A DNA stretch of 64,000 nucleotides, from the NCBI GenBank assembly GCA_937863685.1, contig CALMGM010000012.1:1816-65815 (forward strand), given 5' to 3'. The DNA comes from an uncultured bacterium (GTDB taxonomy: Bacteria > Edwardsbacteria > AC1 > EtOH8). Of this stretch, positions 18,331 to 27,807 are shown in pieces. The position numbers and the translations under genes are program-made. The first letter of the stretch is position 1. Every line of letters starts with the position of its first letter. Under the pieces are notes generated by a model. That model saw nothing but the letters and a program-made list of their open reading frames with translations, made no database searches and was not told where the DNA came from.

Positions 18331-19326
18331 ATGAAATCTGACAACCAAAAAATACTCATCCGGGTGCCCAATTGGATCGGCGATGCGGTGATCTCCACCG
18401 GTTTCATCGAGGCCTGCAAAAAAGCCCAGCCCGAAGCGTCAATATCGGTCATGGCCCACCAGCGGGTGGCCGAGCTGTTCGAAGCCAATCCCCAGGTGAG
18501 CGATATCATCGCTTTCAACAAAGAAGAGGGGCTGCGGCGTATCGTCCGAAGCATCAAGACCAGGGGTTTTGACCGGGCCTACATATTGCCGCTGTCATTC
18601 TCCTCGGCATTGATATGTTTTTTGGCCGGCATCAGAGAAAGGATCGGCTACGGCTCGGAACTTCGGGGTCTGCTGTTGACCGAGAGCCTGAAATATTCGC
18701 AAAATGATTTCCGCTCCCGCCATATCCTGCAGGGCTATACCGCTCTTCTAGGACGGGATGTTGTGCCTCAGTCGCCGAGAGTATATCTGACCGATGAAGA
18801 AAAGGAAAAGGCCGAAAAGAGATTGTTCGGATTTAAGGCCAAAAAGGAAGACCTGATAGGATTCGGGCCGGGGGCCGCCTACGGCCCGGCCAAGATGTGG
18901 CCGGCGGAAAATTGGATCCAACTGGGGAGAAAATTATCGGAGGACGGAAAGAGGGTGATGATCTTCGGCTCCGCTTCGGAGGACGAACTCTGCCGGGATA
19001 TCGCGGTGGGAATAGGGCAGGGGACTGCCAACCTGGCCGGCGAATTGAGTTTGCGGGAAAGCGCGGCTCTGCTGAGCCTGATCCCGTCCTTTATCACCAA
19101 CGACACCGGGGTGATGCACCTGGCGGCGGCCTGCGGGGTCAAAGTGACCGCCATCTTCGGATCGACCAATCCGGCTTGGACCGGCCCCTGGGGGGAGGGA
19201 CATCGGATAATCTACAATCAGGAGCCCTGCAGCCCCTGTTACAAAAGGGTTTGCCGGTACGGCCATTACAACTGCCTGAAGAAGATCACTCCCGATGGCG
19301 TTTTACCGGATAATTCAATAGCTTGA
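18331..19326 (+). CDS. Glycosyltransferase family 9 (heptosyltransferase-like), third of three in tandem
   Basis: ILIRVPNWIGDAVISTG N-terminal motif and GT9 C-terminal conservation. Confidence 0.75.
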   Translation: MKSDNQKILIRVPNWIGDAVISTGFIEACKKAQPEASISVMAHQRVAELFEANPQVSDIIAFNKEEGLRRIVRSIKTRGFDRAYILPLSFSSALICFLAGIRERIGYGSELRGLLLTESLKYSQNDFRSRHILQGYTALLGRDVVPQSPRVYLTDEEKEKAEKRLFGFKAKKEDLIGFGPGAAYGPAKMWPAENWIQLGRKLSEDGKRVMIFGSASEDELCRDIAVGIGQGTANLAGELSLRESAALLSLIPSFITNDTGVMHLAAACGVKVTAIFGSTNPAWTGPWGEGHRIIYNQEPCSPCYKRVCRYGHYNCLKKITPDGVLPDNSIA

Positions 19327-19363
19327 CAAAACCGGATAAATTAAGTAAAATATCCCATCACCT

Positions 19364-19438
19364 GCGGGTGTAGTTCAGTGGTAGAACGTCAGCTTCCCAA
19401 GCTGAATATCGTGGGTTCGAGCCCCATCACCCGCTCCA
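19364..19438 (+). tRNA. tRNA-Gly (anticodon CCC), CCA encoded
   Basis: A cloverleaf can be drawn: acceptor GCGGGTG/CACCCGC, anticodon stem TCAGC/GCTGA with loop TTCCCAA, T-arm GGGTTCGAGCCCC. Confidence 0.9.
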
Positions 19439-19452
19439 TTGTTTTGAATATG

Positions 19453-19487
19453 AAAAAAGCGAAGCCGTCGGCTTCGCTTTTTGTTTT
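19453..19487. terminator. Bidirectional rho-independent terminator (A-tract, agcgaagcc-gtc-ggcttcgct, T-tract) between tRNA-Gly and the convergent DUF3467 gene
   Basis: A perfect 9-bp stem flanked by A5 and T5GT4. Confidence 0.55.
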
Positions 19488-19505
19488 ATCCGGTCATAAT
19501 AATGC

Positions 19506-19826
19506 CTATTTCTTCTCGCCGTTCTTCTCATCGCCGATCTTGAAGCCGATGCCCCGGTTCTCCTGGCCGAAGGTCTTGATGGCCCCGAACTGGGCCTCGA
19601 ACTTCTTGATATTGTCCTCCAGGGCGTTAAGCAGCATCTTGGCGTGCTGGGGTGTGGTGACGATCCGGGAATATATCTTGGCCTTGGGGATGCCGGGCAG
19701 GACCCGGGCGAAATCAATGATGAACTCCGAGGGGGAGTGGGCGATCAGGGCCAAGTTGGAGTAAACGCCTTCGGCCTCTTTTTCTCCCAATTCGATATTG
19801 AGTTGATTCTGCGGATTTTGTTCCAT
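19506..19826 (-). CDS. DUF3467 family protein
   Basis: A 106-aa protein whose LALIAHSPSEFIIDF core resembles DUF3467. Confidence 0.55.
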   Translation of the reverse strand: MEQNPQNQLNIELGEKEAEGVYSNLALIAHSPSEFIIDFARVLPGIPKAKIYSRIVTTPQHAKMLLNALEDNIKKFEAQFGAIKTFGQENRGIGFKIGDEKNGEKK

Positions 19827-19902
19827 TTTATCTGCCTTTTAGAATATTTTAAGATTGTGACGTCATTTTATCAGACCTGGCTGACCGGTGTCAAGTTTAA
19901 TA

Positions 19903-19930
19903 TTGACTTTGGGGGGTTTCCTGATATAAT
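19903..19930 (+). promoter_or_regulatory. Putative sigma70 promoter (TTGACT, 16 bp, TATAAT) upstream of the C1 peptidase gene
   Basis: Hexamers at 19903-19908 and 19925-19930. Confidence 0.4.
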
Positions 19931-19954
19931 AATCTCAATCAATTGAGGGATATT

Positions 19955-22408
19955 ATGAAAAAGATCGCCATCATTTTGCTGATCCTGCCGGCGGTTTGCT
20001 GCTCGGTCATCAAGGCCGATGAACTGCACCGCCTGGGCCTGATATGGAAGGATCCCAGGATCGCGGCCCCAGGAAACGAAGTAAAGGTCGCCAGGTCGAA
20101 AGACGCCCTGCCTTCCTCGGTCGATCACTCGGCCGATATGCCATCAGTAGGCAACCAGGCCAGCCAGGGATCCTGCACCGCCTGGGCAACGGCCTATTAT
20201 CACAAAGGTTATCAGGAATGGGCTGAGCACAATTGGTCAATGGCGGATTCAAATCACTTGTTCAGCCCCTCGTTCGTGTACAATCAGATCAACGGCGGGG
20301 CGGATAATGGCTCCTCGTTTGGCGATGCTTTTCAGGTGCTGTGCGATATGGGAAGCTCATCGATTTTGCTGAAACCTTACAACGACGGAGACTGCACCAG
20401 CTGGCCCAGCGAAGCGGCTTACGATTCGGCCATACCGTACCGCTGTGAAGAATGGTTCTGGTTCGACCTGTACGATGATCTGGGTGTAGAGGGGGTCAAG
20501 CAGTGCCTGGCTGACGGCAACAACGTGGTTATCGGCCTGCTGGTCTACGCCAATTACGATAACATCTCCTCCTATGACAATACTTTCTGCGTGTCCGATC
20601 TTTCCGGTGACATCCGGGGAGGGCATGCCAACTGCATCGTCGGATATGACGATTCCCTGGTGACCCATGACGGACTGGGGGCCTTTCGGGTGGTCAACTC
20701 CTGGGGCACCAATTGGGGAGACAAGGGATATTATTGGATGTCTTATCAGGCCGCCACCGATTACCGTACGTCATACCAGGCGGCTTTTTATTCATCGGAC
20801 AAGATAGGATACCAGCCCAAGCTGAAGATGCGGGTCAAGATAAAGCATCAGAACAGAGGCAGCATAAAGTTCCGGGCGGGAGGCGGCCCTGCTACGTCCC
20901 CGTACTGGCAAAAGCTGTTTTATTATAACCCTTATGGCTTCTATTTCGGCGGAGGCAATAACCCGTTCCCTGACAATAATATCGTTTTAGATATTACCGA
21001 AGGAGCTTCTTATCTTGATAGCACAGCGGGAAACAACATTTATTTGCGGTGTCAGGACGACGAAACCGACGGCGTTTCCGGGACGGTGGAATATTTGGGG
21101 GCGGAGAGCGTGGAGTGGAACGTAAGCAATGCATCGCTGGAAACACCGACGGCGATTGCCGATGACTATGATTATTATTACACCAACGTATCCTTGCATT
21201 ACAAGGATTATACGATCAAGGTGTTGCCTGCGGAGGCTATTGTAAATCAAGGCGATACCAGTCATTATAAAGTGGCGCTGAATTCCTGTAACGGATTTTC
21301 CGGCCAGGTGGCGTTGACCTCTCAGCTTTCTCCCCTGCCCAACGCCGGAAATATCGATGTTGTCTTTGAGCAGCCCGCCCTGTACCCCACGGATTCATGC
21401 AATGTCAGTTTGATCGCATCTCCGGATGTGAGCCCCGGTAAATATTCGATTACCGTTACCGGGACCTACGGCCCCGACACCTTGATCCACAACTCAGGCA
21501 TAGTCCTTTGGGTGCTGGGCTCCGGGGATGCCCTGTGCATAGGCCCGTCCTCCGGGATGATGAAGCTGGTCAGGTCCCGCTGGGATAAGGTCGACAGTCT
21601 GACTTTGATGCCTCCGGTCATTGGCAGTAATTACACGGCCATGATCCTTGGCGACGGCCTGACCACGGCCGATTCTTCAAAAGTGAGCAGTTTTATCGGA
21701 TCCGGCGGCCTGGCCTTATCCGCCGGGAATTCGGTTTACGCTTTAAGCGGCGGAAGCAATTTGCTGCCGGTAAGCCAATGGTTGGGGGCTACCGGTTACG
21801 CTTTTTATACCGGCGCGGGGATCAAAGTGATATCTGATTACCAAAATCCTTTCGGGGTAACATCGATCGATTACGGAGATACCCTGGGTACGCTTACGGC
21901 GATCAACGGCAGGCTGAACAACCTGCTGCCGGGGGCGGTCCCCTTGGCCCATCTGGGAACCGTTACTTCGGCGATAGCGGCGCTTTACAACCCCTACGGA
22001 TCAGGGCAGAGTCTGTGGATTACTGCCGGCGCTGGATTCAGCGAACCGATGGACTCCCTGATAACCGGCTTCCTGCGGAACCCGGCGTTGGGGGTCAGCA
22101 ACAATGGGAAGCATGACGCCTCTTCTGGGGTGCTTAAACCGGGACTGTCGTCATATCCCAACCCGTTTACCCGCAAAAGCGTCATAACCCTGAACCTTCC
22201 GGGTAAATCGCACGTGAAAATAAGGGTTTATGATGTATGTGGCAGGCTGGTTAAAACAGTATTTAATGGGGAAAAGGCTGGAGGGAGGCACGTTTTTGCC
22301 TGGGACGGCCGGAACCAAGCTGATAATGACATTGCCTCCGGGGTTTACTTCATAAAGGCCGAAACCGATTATGAAAATATGCTGCAGAAGATCATATCCG
22401 TTAGATAG
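19955..22408 (+). CDS. Secreted papain-like (C1 family) cysteine peptidase with Ig-like middle region and a T9SS C-terminal sorting domain
   Basis: Signal peptide MKKIAIILLILPAVCC. The catalytic Cys context is QGSCTAWAT, His is GGHANCIVGYDD, and Asn/Trp is VVNSWGTNWGDKGYYWMSY. The C-terminus ..GVYFIKAETDYENMLQKIISVR is T9SS/FlgD-Ig-like. The ATG start at 19955 is preferred over the TTG at 19943. Confidence 0.8.
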   Translation: MKKIAIILLILPAVCCSVIKADELHRLGLIWKDPRIAAPGNEVKVARSKDALPSSVDHSADMPSVGNQASQGSCTAWATAYYHKGYQEWAEHNWSMADSNHLFSPSFVYNQINGGADNGSSFGDAFQVLCDMGSSSILLKPYNDGDCTSWPSEAAYDSAIPYRCEEWFWFDLYDDLGVEGVKQCLADGNNVVIGLLVYANYDNISSYDNTFCVSDLSGDIRGGHANCIVGYDDSLVTHDGLGAFRVVNSWGTNWGDKGYYWMSYQAATDYRTSYQAAFYSSDKIGYQPKLKMRVKIKHQNRGSIKFRAGGGPATSPYWQKLFYYNPYGFYFGGGNNPFPDNNIVLDITEGASYLDSTAGNNIYLRCQDDETDGVSGTVEYLGAESVEWNVSNASLETPTAIADDYDYYYTNVSLHYKDYTIKVLPAEAIVNQGDTSHYKVALNSCNGFSGQVALTSQLSPLPNAGNIDVVFEQPALYPTDSCNVSLIASPDVSPGKYSITVTGTYGPDTLIHNSGIVLWVLGSGDALCIGPSSGMMKLVRSRWDKVDSLTLMPPVIGSNYTAMILGDGLTTADSSKVSSFIGSGGLALSAGNSVYALSGGSNLLPVSQWLGATGYAFYTGAGIKVISDYQNPFGVTSIDYGDTLGTLTAINGRLNNLLPGAVPLAHLGTVTSAIAALYNPYGSGQSLWITAGAGFSEPMDSLITGFLRNPALGVSNNGKHDASSGVLKPGLSSYPNPFTRKSVITLNLPGKSHVKIRVYDVCGRLVKTVFNGEKAGGRHVFAWDGRNQADNDIASGVYFIKAETDYENMLQKIISVR

Positions 22409-22424
22409 CTAAAGCTTCTATTTT

Positions 22425-22460
22425 GGGCGCCTTATAATATATAAGGCGCCTTTTAGTTTT
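22425..22460 (+). terminator. Rho-independent terminator after the C1 peptidase gene
   Basis: ggcgcctta-taatatat-taaggcgcc followed by ttttagtttt. Confidence 0.55.
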
Positions 22461-22553
22461 CCCTTGAAATATCCGTAAGTTAATGATATATTTATGCTTT
22501 GAAAAGGAAATATCTGAAAAGTTGTCACAACTTAAATATTGGGGGAATGCCGT

Positions 22554-23189
22554 ATGGCTGGGCAGGAATACGAAAAGAATTTTAAGCCAGGGGAAGTCAT
22601 ATTCAAACAGGGCGACGATGGCAGCGAAATGTATCTGATCCGGGCCGGAAAGGTCAAGATCAGCCGCAGCGCCGGGAACATCGAGAAGGTTTTGGCCATC
22701 ATCAAGGAGGGCGATTTTTTCGGGGAGATGGCGGTCATCGACGGCAGCCCCCGGTCGGCCGCCGCCACCGCGGTGGACGAGGTCAACCTGCTGATCGTGG
22801 ATAGGGACGCCTTCAAATCCCAGCTCAAGGACAACCCCATGATCGAATACGTCCTGGAGACCATGACCCGCCGCCTGAGGGACACCAACCGCCAGGTGGA
22901 ATTCCTGCTGATCCGCGACGAGATGCGACGGGTGGTGGCACTGCTGGTCTCCATGGCCAAGGAGCGCGGCGCCCAGACCTCAGAAGGGATCGTGGTGGAT
23001 TTCCCATATGATTACAACGCTTTGGGCGGAATGATAGGCATCGACGCCTCCAAGACCGAGGAGATAATCAAAAAGCTTTTAACCCTCAAACTGATCCGCA
23101 TCGAGGACAAGAAGCTGATCATCACCAGCCTGGTGGAGATAGACGATTACCTGCGATTCATAACATTAAAGGAAAAATTTGCTTCTTGA
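22554..23189 (+). CDS. Crp/Fnr-family transcriptional regulator (cNMP-binding + HTH)
   Basis: The cNMP-binding signature FGEMAVIDGSPRSA.A.A is present with a C-terminal HTH. The ATG start is at 22554. Confidence 0.75.
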   Translation: MAGQEYEKNFKPGEVIFKQGDDGSEMYLIRAGKVKISRSAGNIEKVLAIIKEGDFFGEMAVIDGSPRSAAATAVDEVNLLIVDRDAFKSQLKDNPMIEYVLETMTRRLRDTNRQVEFLLIRDEMRRVVALLVSMAKERGAQTSEGIVVDFPYDYNALGGMIGIDASKTEEIIKKLLTLKLIRIEDKKLIITSLVEIDDYLRFITLKEKFAS

Positions 23190-23250
23190 CCAAAAATATG
23201 GAAACCTCCCGGAACAAGGGAGAAATCATATTTTATTTTGAAAGGGATTA

Positions 23251-24114
23251 ATGCGGGAATATCTGGACCTGGTAAAATATGTATTGGACAACGGAACGGA
23301 ACAAAAGAACCGCACCGGCGTAAACACCTTGAGCTGCTTTGCCTATTTCTACCAGGTTGACCTGCAGAAGGGGTTTCCCTTGCTGACCACCAAGAAGGTT
23401 AATTTCGATGCCATGCTGCACGAATTGTTCTGGTATTTAAGCGGCGAGGCTCACATCAGAAATCTCAAGACCAAGACCAAAATATGGAACGACTGGGCTG
23501 ATGGCGAAGGCCGGCTGGAAACGGCTTACGGCAGGTTCTGGCGCAGGTTCCCGATTTCCGACCACGCCGCAGAAGGAGAAAAATGGGGCAGCCGCTGGGT
23601 CACTGCCGATCCCGAGACCGGAGGCAAGGTCTTTGACCAGATACGTTATATTGTAGATGTCCTGAAGGAGATAAAACGGAACCCGACCACTCCGAACCTG
23701 AGACGGATGGTGGTGGAAGCATGGCATCCCGGGAACGCCGCCGAAAGCAAACTGCCGCCCTGCCATTATACCTTCTGCTTTAGCGTGATCGGCGACCGGC
23801 TGAACTGCCACTTGACCCAGCGCTCCGGCGACGTGGCTTTGGGGATCCCGTTCAACCTGGCCTGCTACTCGCTGTTGACCATGATGCTGGCCCGAGAGGC
23901 CGGATTTGTTCCAGGCAGTTTTGCCCACACCATCATCAACGCCCACATCTACACCAATCACATTGACGGCCTCAAAAAGCAGCTGGCCAGAGAACCCCGG
24001 AAACTGCCTCATATCAAAATTGCCGCCAAGCCGTTCTTCGAACTCTCTCCGGACGATATTTCCCTGGAAGGCTATGACCCGTATCCGGGAATTAAATTCG
24101 AGGTAGCGGTTTGA
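23251..24114 (+). CDS. thyA: Thymidylate synthase (ThyA)
   Basis: Classic ThyA motifs: LHELFWYLSG, the catalytic Cys context PPCHYTFCFSV, and RRMVVEAW. Confidence 0.9.
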   Translation: MREYLDLVKYVLDNGTEQKNRTGVNTLSCFAYFYQVDLQKGFPLLTTKKVNFDAMLHELFWYLSGEAHIRNLKTKTKIWNDWADGEGRLETAYGRFWRRFPISDHAAEGEKWGSRWVTADPETGGKVFDQIRYIVDVLKEIKRNPTTPNLRRMVVEAWHPGNAAESKLPPCHYTFCFSVIGDRLNCHLTQRSGDVALGIPFNLACYSLLTMMLAREAGFVPGSFAHTIINAHIYTNHIDGLKKQLAREPRKLPHIKIAAKPFFELSPDDISLEGYDPYPGIKFEVAV

Positions 24115-24593
24115 GATCTCCCGAGAAATACATCATCGTGGCCATGACCAGGGACCGGGTCATAGGAATGGACAACCAGATGCCCTGGCACCTGCCGGAG
24201 GATCTGAAACTGTTCAAAAAACTGACCGCCGGCAATACCGTGATCATGGGACGGAAGACATATGAGTCCATCGGGAAGCCGCTTCCCAACCGCAGTAATA
24301 TCGTGGTCTCCAGGTCCCAAATGGATATTCCCGGAGTGGTGGTCTGCCCAAGTATGGCTCAGGCTTTGAACAAAGCCGAAGAATACGGTCAGAAGATATT
24401 CTTCATCGGAGGGGCGGAGATTTACCGGCAGGCATTGCCGCTGGCCGATTGCCTGTACATATCATGGCTCAAACAGGATTATCCCGGGGACACTAAATTC
24501 CCGGAGTTCAATGAAACAGAATGGGAAATGCTTTCGGAGACCGAGTATCCGGAGTTCAGCAACGTCCTTTATAAAAGAATCAGAAAACACTAA
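24111..24593 (+). CDS. folA: Dihydrofolate reductase
   Basis: DRVIGMDNQMPWHLPEDLKLFKKLT aligns with the DHFR N-terminus. The TTG start overlaps the thyA stop (TTGA). Confidence 0.8.
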   Translation: MRSPEKYIIVAMTRDRVIGMDNQMPWHLPEDLKLFKKLTAGNTVIMGRKTYESIGKPLPNRSNIVVSRSQMDIPGVVVCPSMAQALNKAEEYGQKIFFIGGAEIYRQALPLADCLYISWLKQDYPGDTKFPEFNETEWEMLSETEYPEFSNVLYKRIRKH

Positions 24594-24606
24594 GATATTT
24601 TTGAAA

Positions 24607-25911
24607 ATGATCGAACGCTATACCTTGCCCAAAATGAAGGCCGTCTGGAGCGAACAGAACAAGTTCCAGAAATGGCTGGACATCGAGATCCTGGCCTGCG
24701 AGGCCCAGGCCCGGCTGGGGCGCATTCCCCAGAATGACCTGGAGAACATCAAGGCCAAGGCCGGATTCGACATCGCCCGGATAGACCAGATCGAGGCCGA
24801 GGTCCAGCACGACGTCATCGCCTTTTTGACCAGCGTCAACGAGCTGGTGGGCGGATCGGGCCGCTTCATTCACATGGGCATGACCTCGTCCGACGTGCTG
24901 GACACCGCCTGGGCGGTGCTGATGAAGGAGGCCGGCCAGCTGCTGCTGGACGATTTGAAAAAGCTTTCGGCTGTTCTAAAGCAAAGAGCCTGGGAACACA
25001 AGGATACCCTGATGATGGGGCGCAGCCACGGCATCCATGCCGAACCCACCACCTTCGGGCTCAAGCTGGCCATGTGGTGGCAGGAGATACAGCGCGACAT
25101 CCTTAGGATGGAACGGGCCGTCGAGGCCATCTCCTGCGGAAAGATATCGGGAGCGGTGGGAACCTTTGCCCATATCGACCCCTCGGTGGAGGAGTATGTC
25201 TGTCAGAAGCTGGGCCTGACCCCCGAGCCGGTGTCCACCCAGATCGTCCAGCGGGACCGCCATGCCGAATATCTCTGCACTTTGGGCATCATTGCTTCAA
25301 CTTTGGATAAGATCGCTTTGGAGATCAGGCATTTGCAGCGGACCGAGGTACGGGAGGCGGAGGAGCCGTTCTCGGAAAAACAGAAAGGCTCCTCCGCCAT
25401 GCCCCACAAGAGGAACCCCATCATCTCAGAGCGGATCTGCGGGATGGCCCGGGTGATAAGGAGCAACGCCCTGGTGGGGATGGAGAACGTGGCTCTGTGG
25501 CACGAAAGGGACATCTCCCATTCCTCGGCCGAACGGATAGTGATCCCGGACAGCACCATCGCCCTGGATTACATACTGCAGAAGACCATCTGGCTGATCG
25601 AAGGCTTAAGAGTCTATCCAGAGAGGATGAAACAAAACATCGAATCATCTGGGGGCCTGATCTTTTCCCAGAAACTGCTGCTGGCATTGGTGGAGAAGGG
25701 TCGGTCCCGGGAAGAGGCCTACCGCATGGTTCAGCGTCATGCCATGAAGGTCTGGGAGGGGAGTGGAAATCTCAAGGAAATGATCTCAGCCGACGCCGAG
25801 TTCGCGGGATCATTGGACCCGAAAACCATCGAAGATGTGTTCAACCTTGAGAATTTTGTCCGGAACATCGGGCATATCTTCAGACGTAGCGGATTGAACG
25901 GCCCGAAATAA
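24607..25911 (+). CDS. purB: Adenylosuccinate lyase
   Basis: MIERYTLPKM start, fumarate-lyase signature GSSAMPHKRNP, ~435 aa. Confidence 0.9.
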   Translation: MIERYTLPKMKAVWSEQNKFQKWLDIEILACEAQARLGRIPQNDLENIKAKAGFDIARIDQIEAEVQHDVIAFLTSVNELVGGSGRFIHMGMTSSDVLDTAWAVLMKEAGQLLLDDLKKLSAVLKQRAWEHKDTLMMGRSHGIHAEPTTFGLKLAMWWQEIQRDILRMERAVEAISCGKISGAVGTFAHIDPSVEEYVCQKLGLTPEPVSTQIVQRDRHAEYLCTLGIIASTLDKIALEIRHLQRTEVREAEEPFSEKQKGSSAMPHKRNPIISERICGMARVIRSNALVGMENVALWHERDISHSSAERIVIPDSTIALDYILQKTIWLIEGLRVYPERMKQNIESSGGLIFSQKLLLALVEKGRSREEAYRMVQRHAMKVWEGSGNLKEMISADAEFAGSLDPKTIEDVFNLENFVRNIGHIFRRSGLNGPK

Positions 25912-25929
25912 TCAGATAGGGGGACATTT

Positions 25930-27150
25930 ATGGATATGTTGACATATGGGGCAATAGGCCTGGCGGCCCTGTTCATAGTGCTGTTCATAATCGCCAGCGG
26001 CAAGGCCGGCCAGAAAGCAGTGGCTTGCAGCCTGGCTCAGAACGAGCTCAAGCAATTGAAGGAGGACGACCGCCGCCAGCGGGACATAATCGCCAGCATG
26101 AAAAGCTCTCTGACCACCATGGAGAAGGATCATTCCGAACGCTCCCGGGTGTTCATGGTGCTGCTGGAGCTGGCCCGGACCCTGGGCGGCAGTCTGGAGA
26201 AGGAAAAACTGCCGATGCTGCTGAGCCGGATAGCCCAGCAGTTGTTCGACGCCGAAGAGGTGATCTTTTTCAAAGTCGGCGACGAAGGAGCGGAGTTGAC
26301 GGTGGCCGAATTCATCGGGCTGGACGCCAAGACAGCCCAGGAAATAGTGGTCAAGGTGGGGGAAGGGTACGTGGGCCATACCGCCGCCAAGCGGGTGATC
26401 ATGGCCAAGGAGGATTTCGAAAACGAGAGCAATCTGATAAAACAGAAGCTGGAGAACACCCGGGATAAAAGGATCAATCCCATCCTGTGCATTCCACTGG
26501 TGCAAAGGAACAATGTGATGGGGGTGGTATCCCTGGGCAGGATCCAGCGGCGTTCCAAGGAGGAGCGGAATCTGCTGTTGATATTCCAGAGCCTGGGTTC
26601 CATGGCTCTGGACAACGCCGGCCTGTTCGAAAAGCTCTACACCAAGGACAAGCTGACCGGCCTGCTGAACCGGAGGTATTTCGACGAACGGGCCCTGGCC
26701 GAACTGAACCGGGCCAAGCGCTTTGGCCACAAGCTTTCATTCACCCTGATGGACCTGGATAATTTTAAGGCCTTCATCGAAAGCAACGGCACCCAGGCCG
26801 GGGACAAGGTGCTGGCCCGGATCGGGATGCTGCTCAACGAGCATGTCCGGAAGATAGACATCTCCTGCCGGCTGGACGAGGACAAGTTCGCCGCGGCCCT
26901 GCTGGAGACCGAAAAGGGGCAGGCCCTGCAGTTTGCCGAGAAGATCAAGAAGATCATCGATTACGATGCCACCATCAACGACCAGGCCTTTGCCTCGCAT
27001 CGCCTGACCATCAGCCTGGCGGTGATGACCTTTCCCGACGACGGAATTTCCTACGAACAGATATTCGAAGAGGCCTCACAGAAACTGCACGAGATGCAGG
27101 CCAAGGGCGGCAACGTGATCATCAGCGACATCGGCGGAGGAAGCGCATGA
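25930..27150 (+). CDS. Membrane-anchored GAF-domain protein with a degenerate GGDEF domain (A-site RLDEDKF, I-site RKID retained)
   Basis: N-terminal TM helix and a GAF-like region. The GGDEF-fold alignment holds (TGLLNRRYF, DLDNFKAFIESNG, TISLAV) but GG(D/E)EF is replaced by LDEDKF. Confidence 0.7.
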   Translation: MDMLTYGAIGLAALFIVLFIIASGKAGQKAVACSLAQNELKQLKEDDRRQRDIIASMKSSLTTMEKDHSERSRVFMVLLELARTLGGSLEKEKLPMLLSRIAQQLFDAEEVIFFKVGDEGAELTVAEFIGLDAKTAQEIVVKVGEGYVGHTAAKRVIMAKEDFENESNLIKQKLENTRDKRINPILCIPLVQRNNVMGVVSLGRIQRRSKEERNLLLIFQSLGSMALDNAGLFEKLYTKDKLTGLLNRRYFDERALAELNRAKRFGHKLSFTLMDLDNFKAFIESNGTQAGDKVLARIGMLLNEHVRKIDISCRLDEDKFAAALLETEKGQALQFAEKIKKIIDYDATINDQAFASHRLTISLAVMTFPDDGISYEQIFEEASQKLHEMQAKGGNVIISDIGGGSA

Positions 27151-27797
27151 AACTGGCCCCGGAGGGAATGCCCACCATAATCATCGCCGGGCTGTTCTTT
27201 ATGATTGCCCTGATGATCTGGCTGATCACCAAAAACCAGATACTGGGCTATCTGACCCTGGCCTTTGCCGTGGTAACTTTGTTCATGATGTTTTTCTTCC
27301 GCGATCCGCCCAGGAAAGGGGATTATCTTCCGGGGCAGCTGATATCCCCGGCCGACGGCAAAGTGGTGATAGTTAAGGAGACGGTGGATTCTTTTCTGTT
27401 CCAGCAGAAGGTCCTGCAGATCAGCATCTTTTTATCGCCGATGGACGTCCACATCAATTGGATACCGATCTCCGGCCAGGTGATATACCAGCAGTACCAT
27501 TCGGGCAAATTTTTCCCGGCCTTCGAGGAGAAGGCCTCGCTGGCCAACGAGCAGATGCATCTGGGGATCGAGACCCCCCACGGGAAGATACTGATGAAGC
27601 AGATCGCCGGGATCCTGGCCCGCAGGGTGGTGTGCTATCCCAGGCTGGGAGATGAGGTGACCACCGGGCAGCGGATGGGCCTGATGAAGTTCGGCTCCCG
27701 GATCGATCTGCTGCTGCCGCTGGGCACCAAGGTCGATGTGAAGATGGGGGACAGGGTCAAGGGCGGCATCACCCCGATCGCCATATTCAATAAATAG
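27147..27797 (+). CDS. psd: Phosphatidylserine decarboxylase family protein (short, archaeal/Bacillus-type)
   Basis: Small-Psd length with an N-terminal TM and the conserved LISPADGKV, MDVHINW and FGSR(ID) proenzyme-cleavage-site region. Confidence 0.75.
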   Translation: MKLAPEGMPTIIIAGLFFMIALMIWLITKNQILGYLTLAFAVVTLFMMFFFRDPPRKGDYLPGQLISPADGKVVIVKETVDSFLFQQKVLQISIFLSPMDVHINWIPISGQVIYQQYHSGKFFPAFEEKASLANEQMHLGIETPHGKILMKQIAGILARRVVCYPRLGDEVTTGQRMGLMKFGSRIDLLLPLGTKVDVKMGDRVKGGITPIAIFNK

Positions 27798-27807
27798 GTT
27801 TTATACT

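Noticed and set aside
19378-19764. 128-aa plus-strand ORF
   Set aside because: It overlaps tRNA-Gly and the bidirectional terminator and lies antisense to the DUF3467 gene. Spurious.
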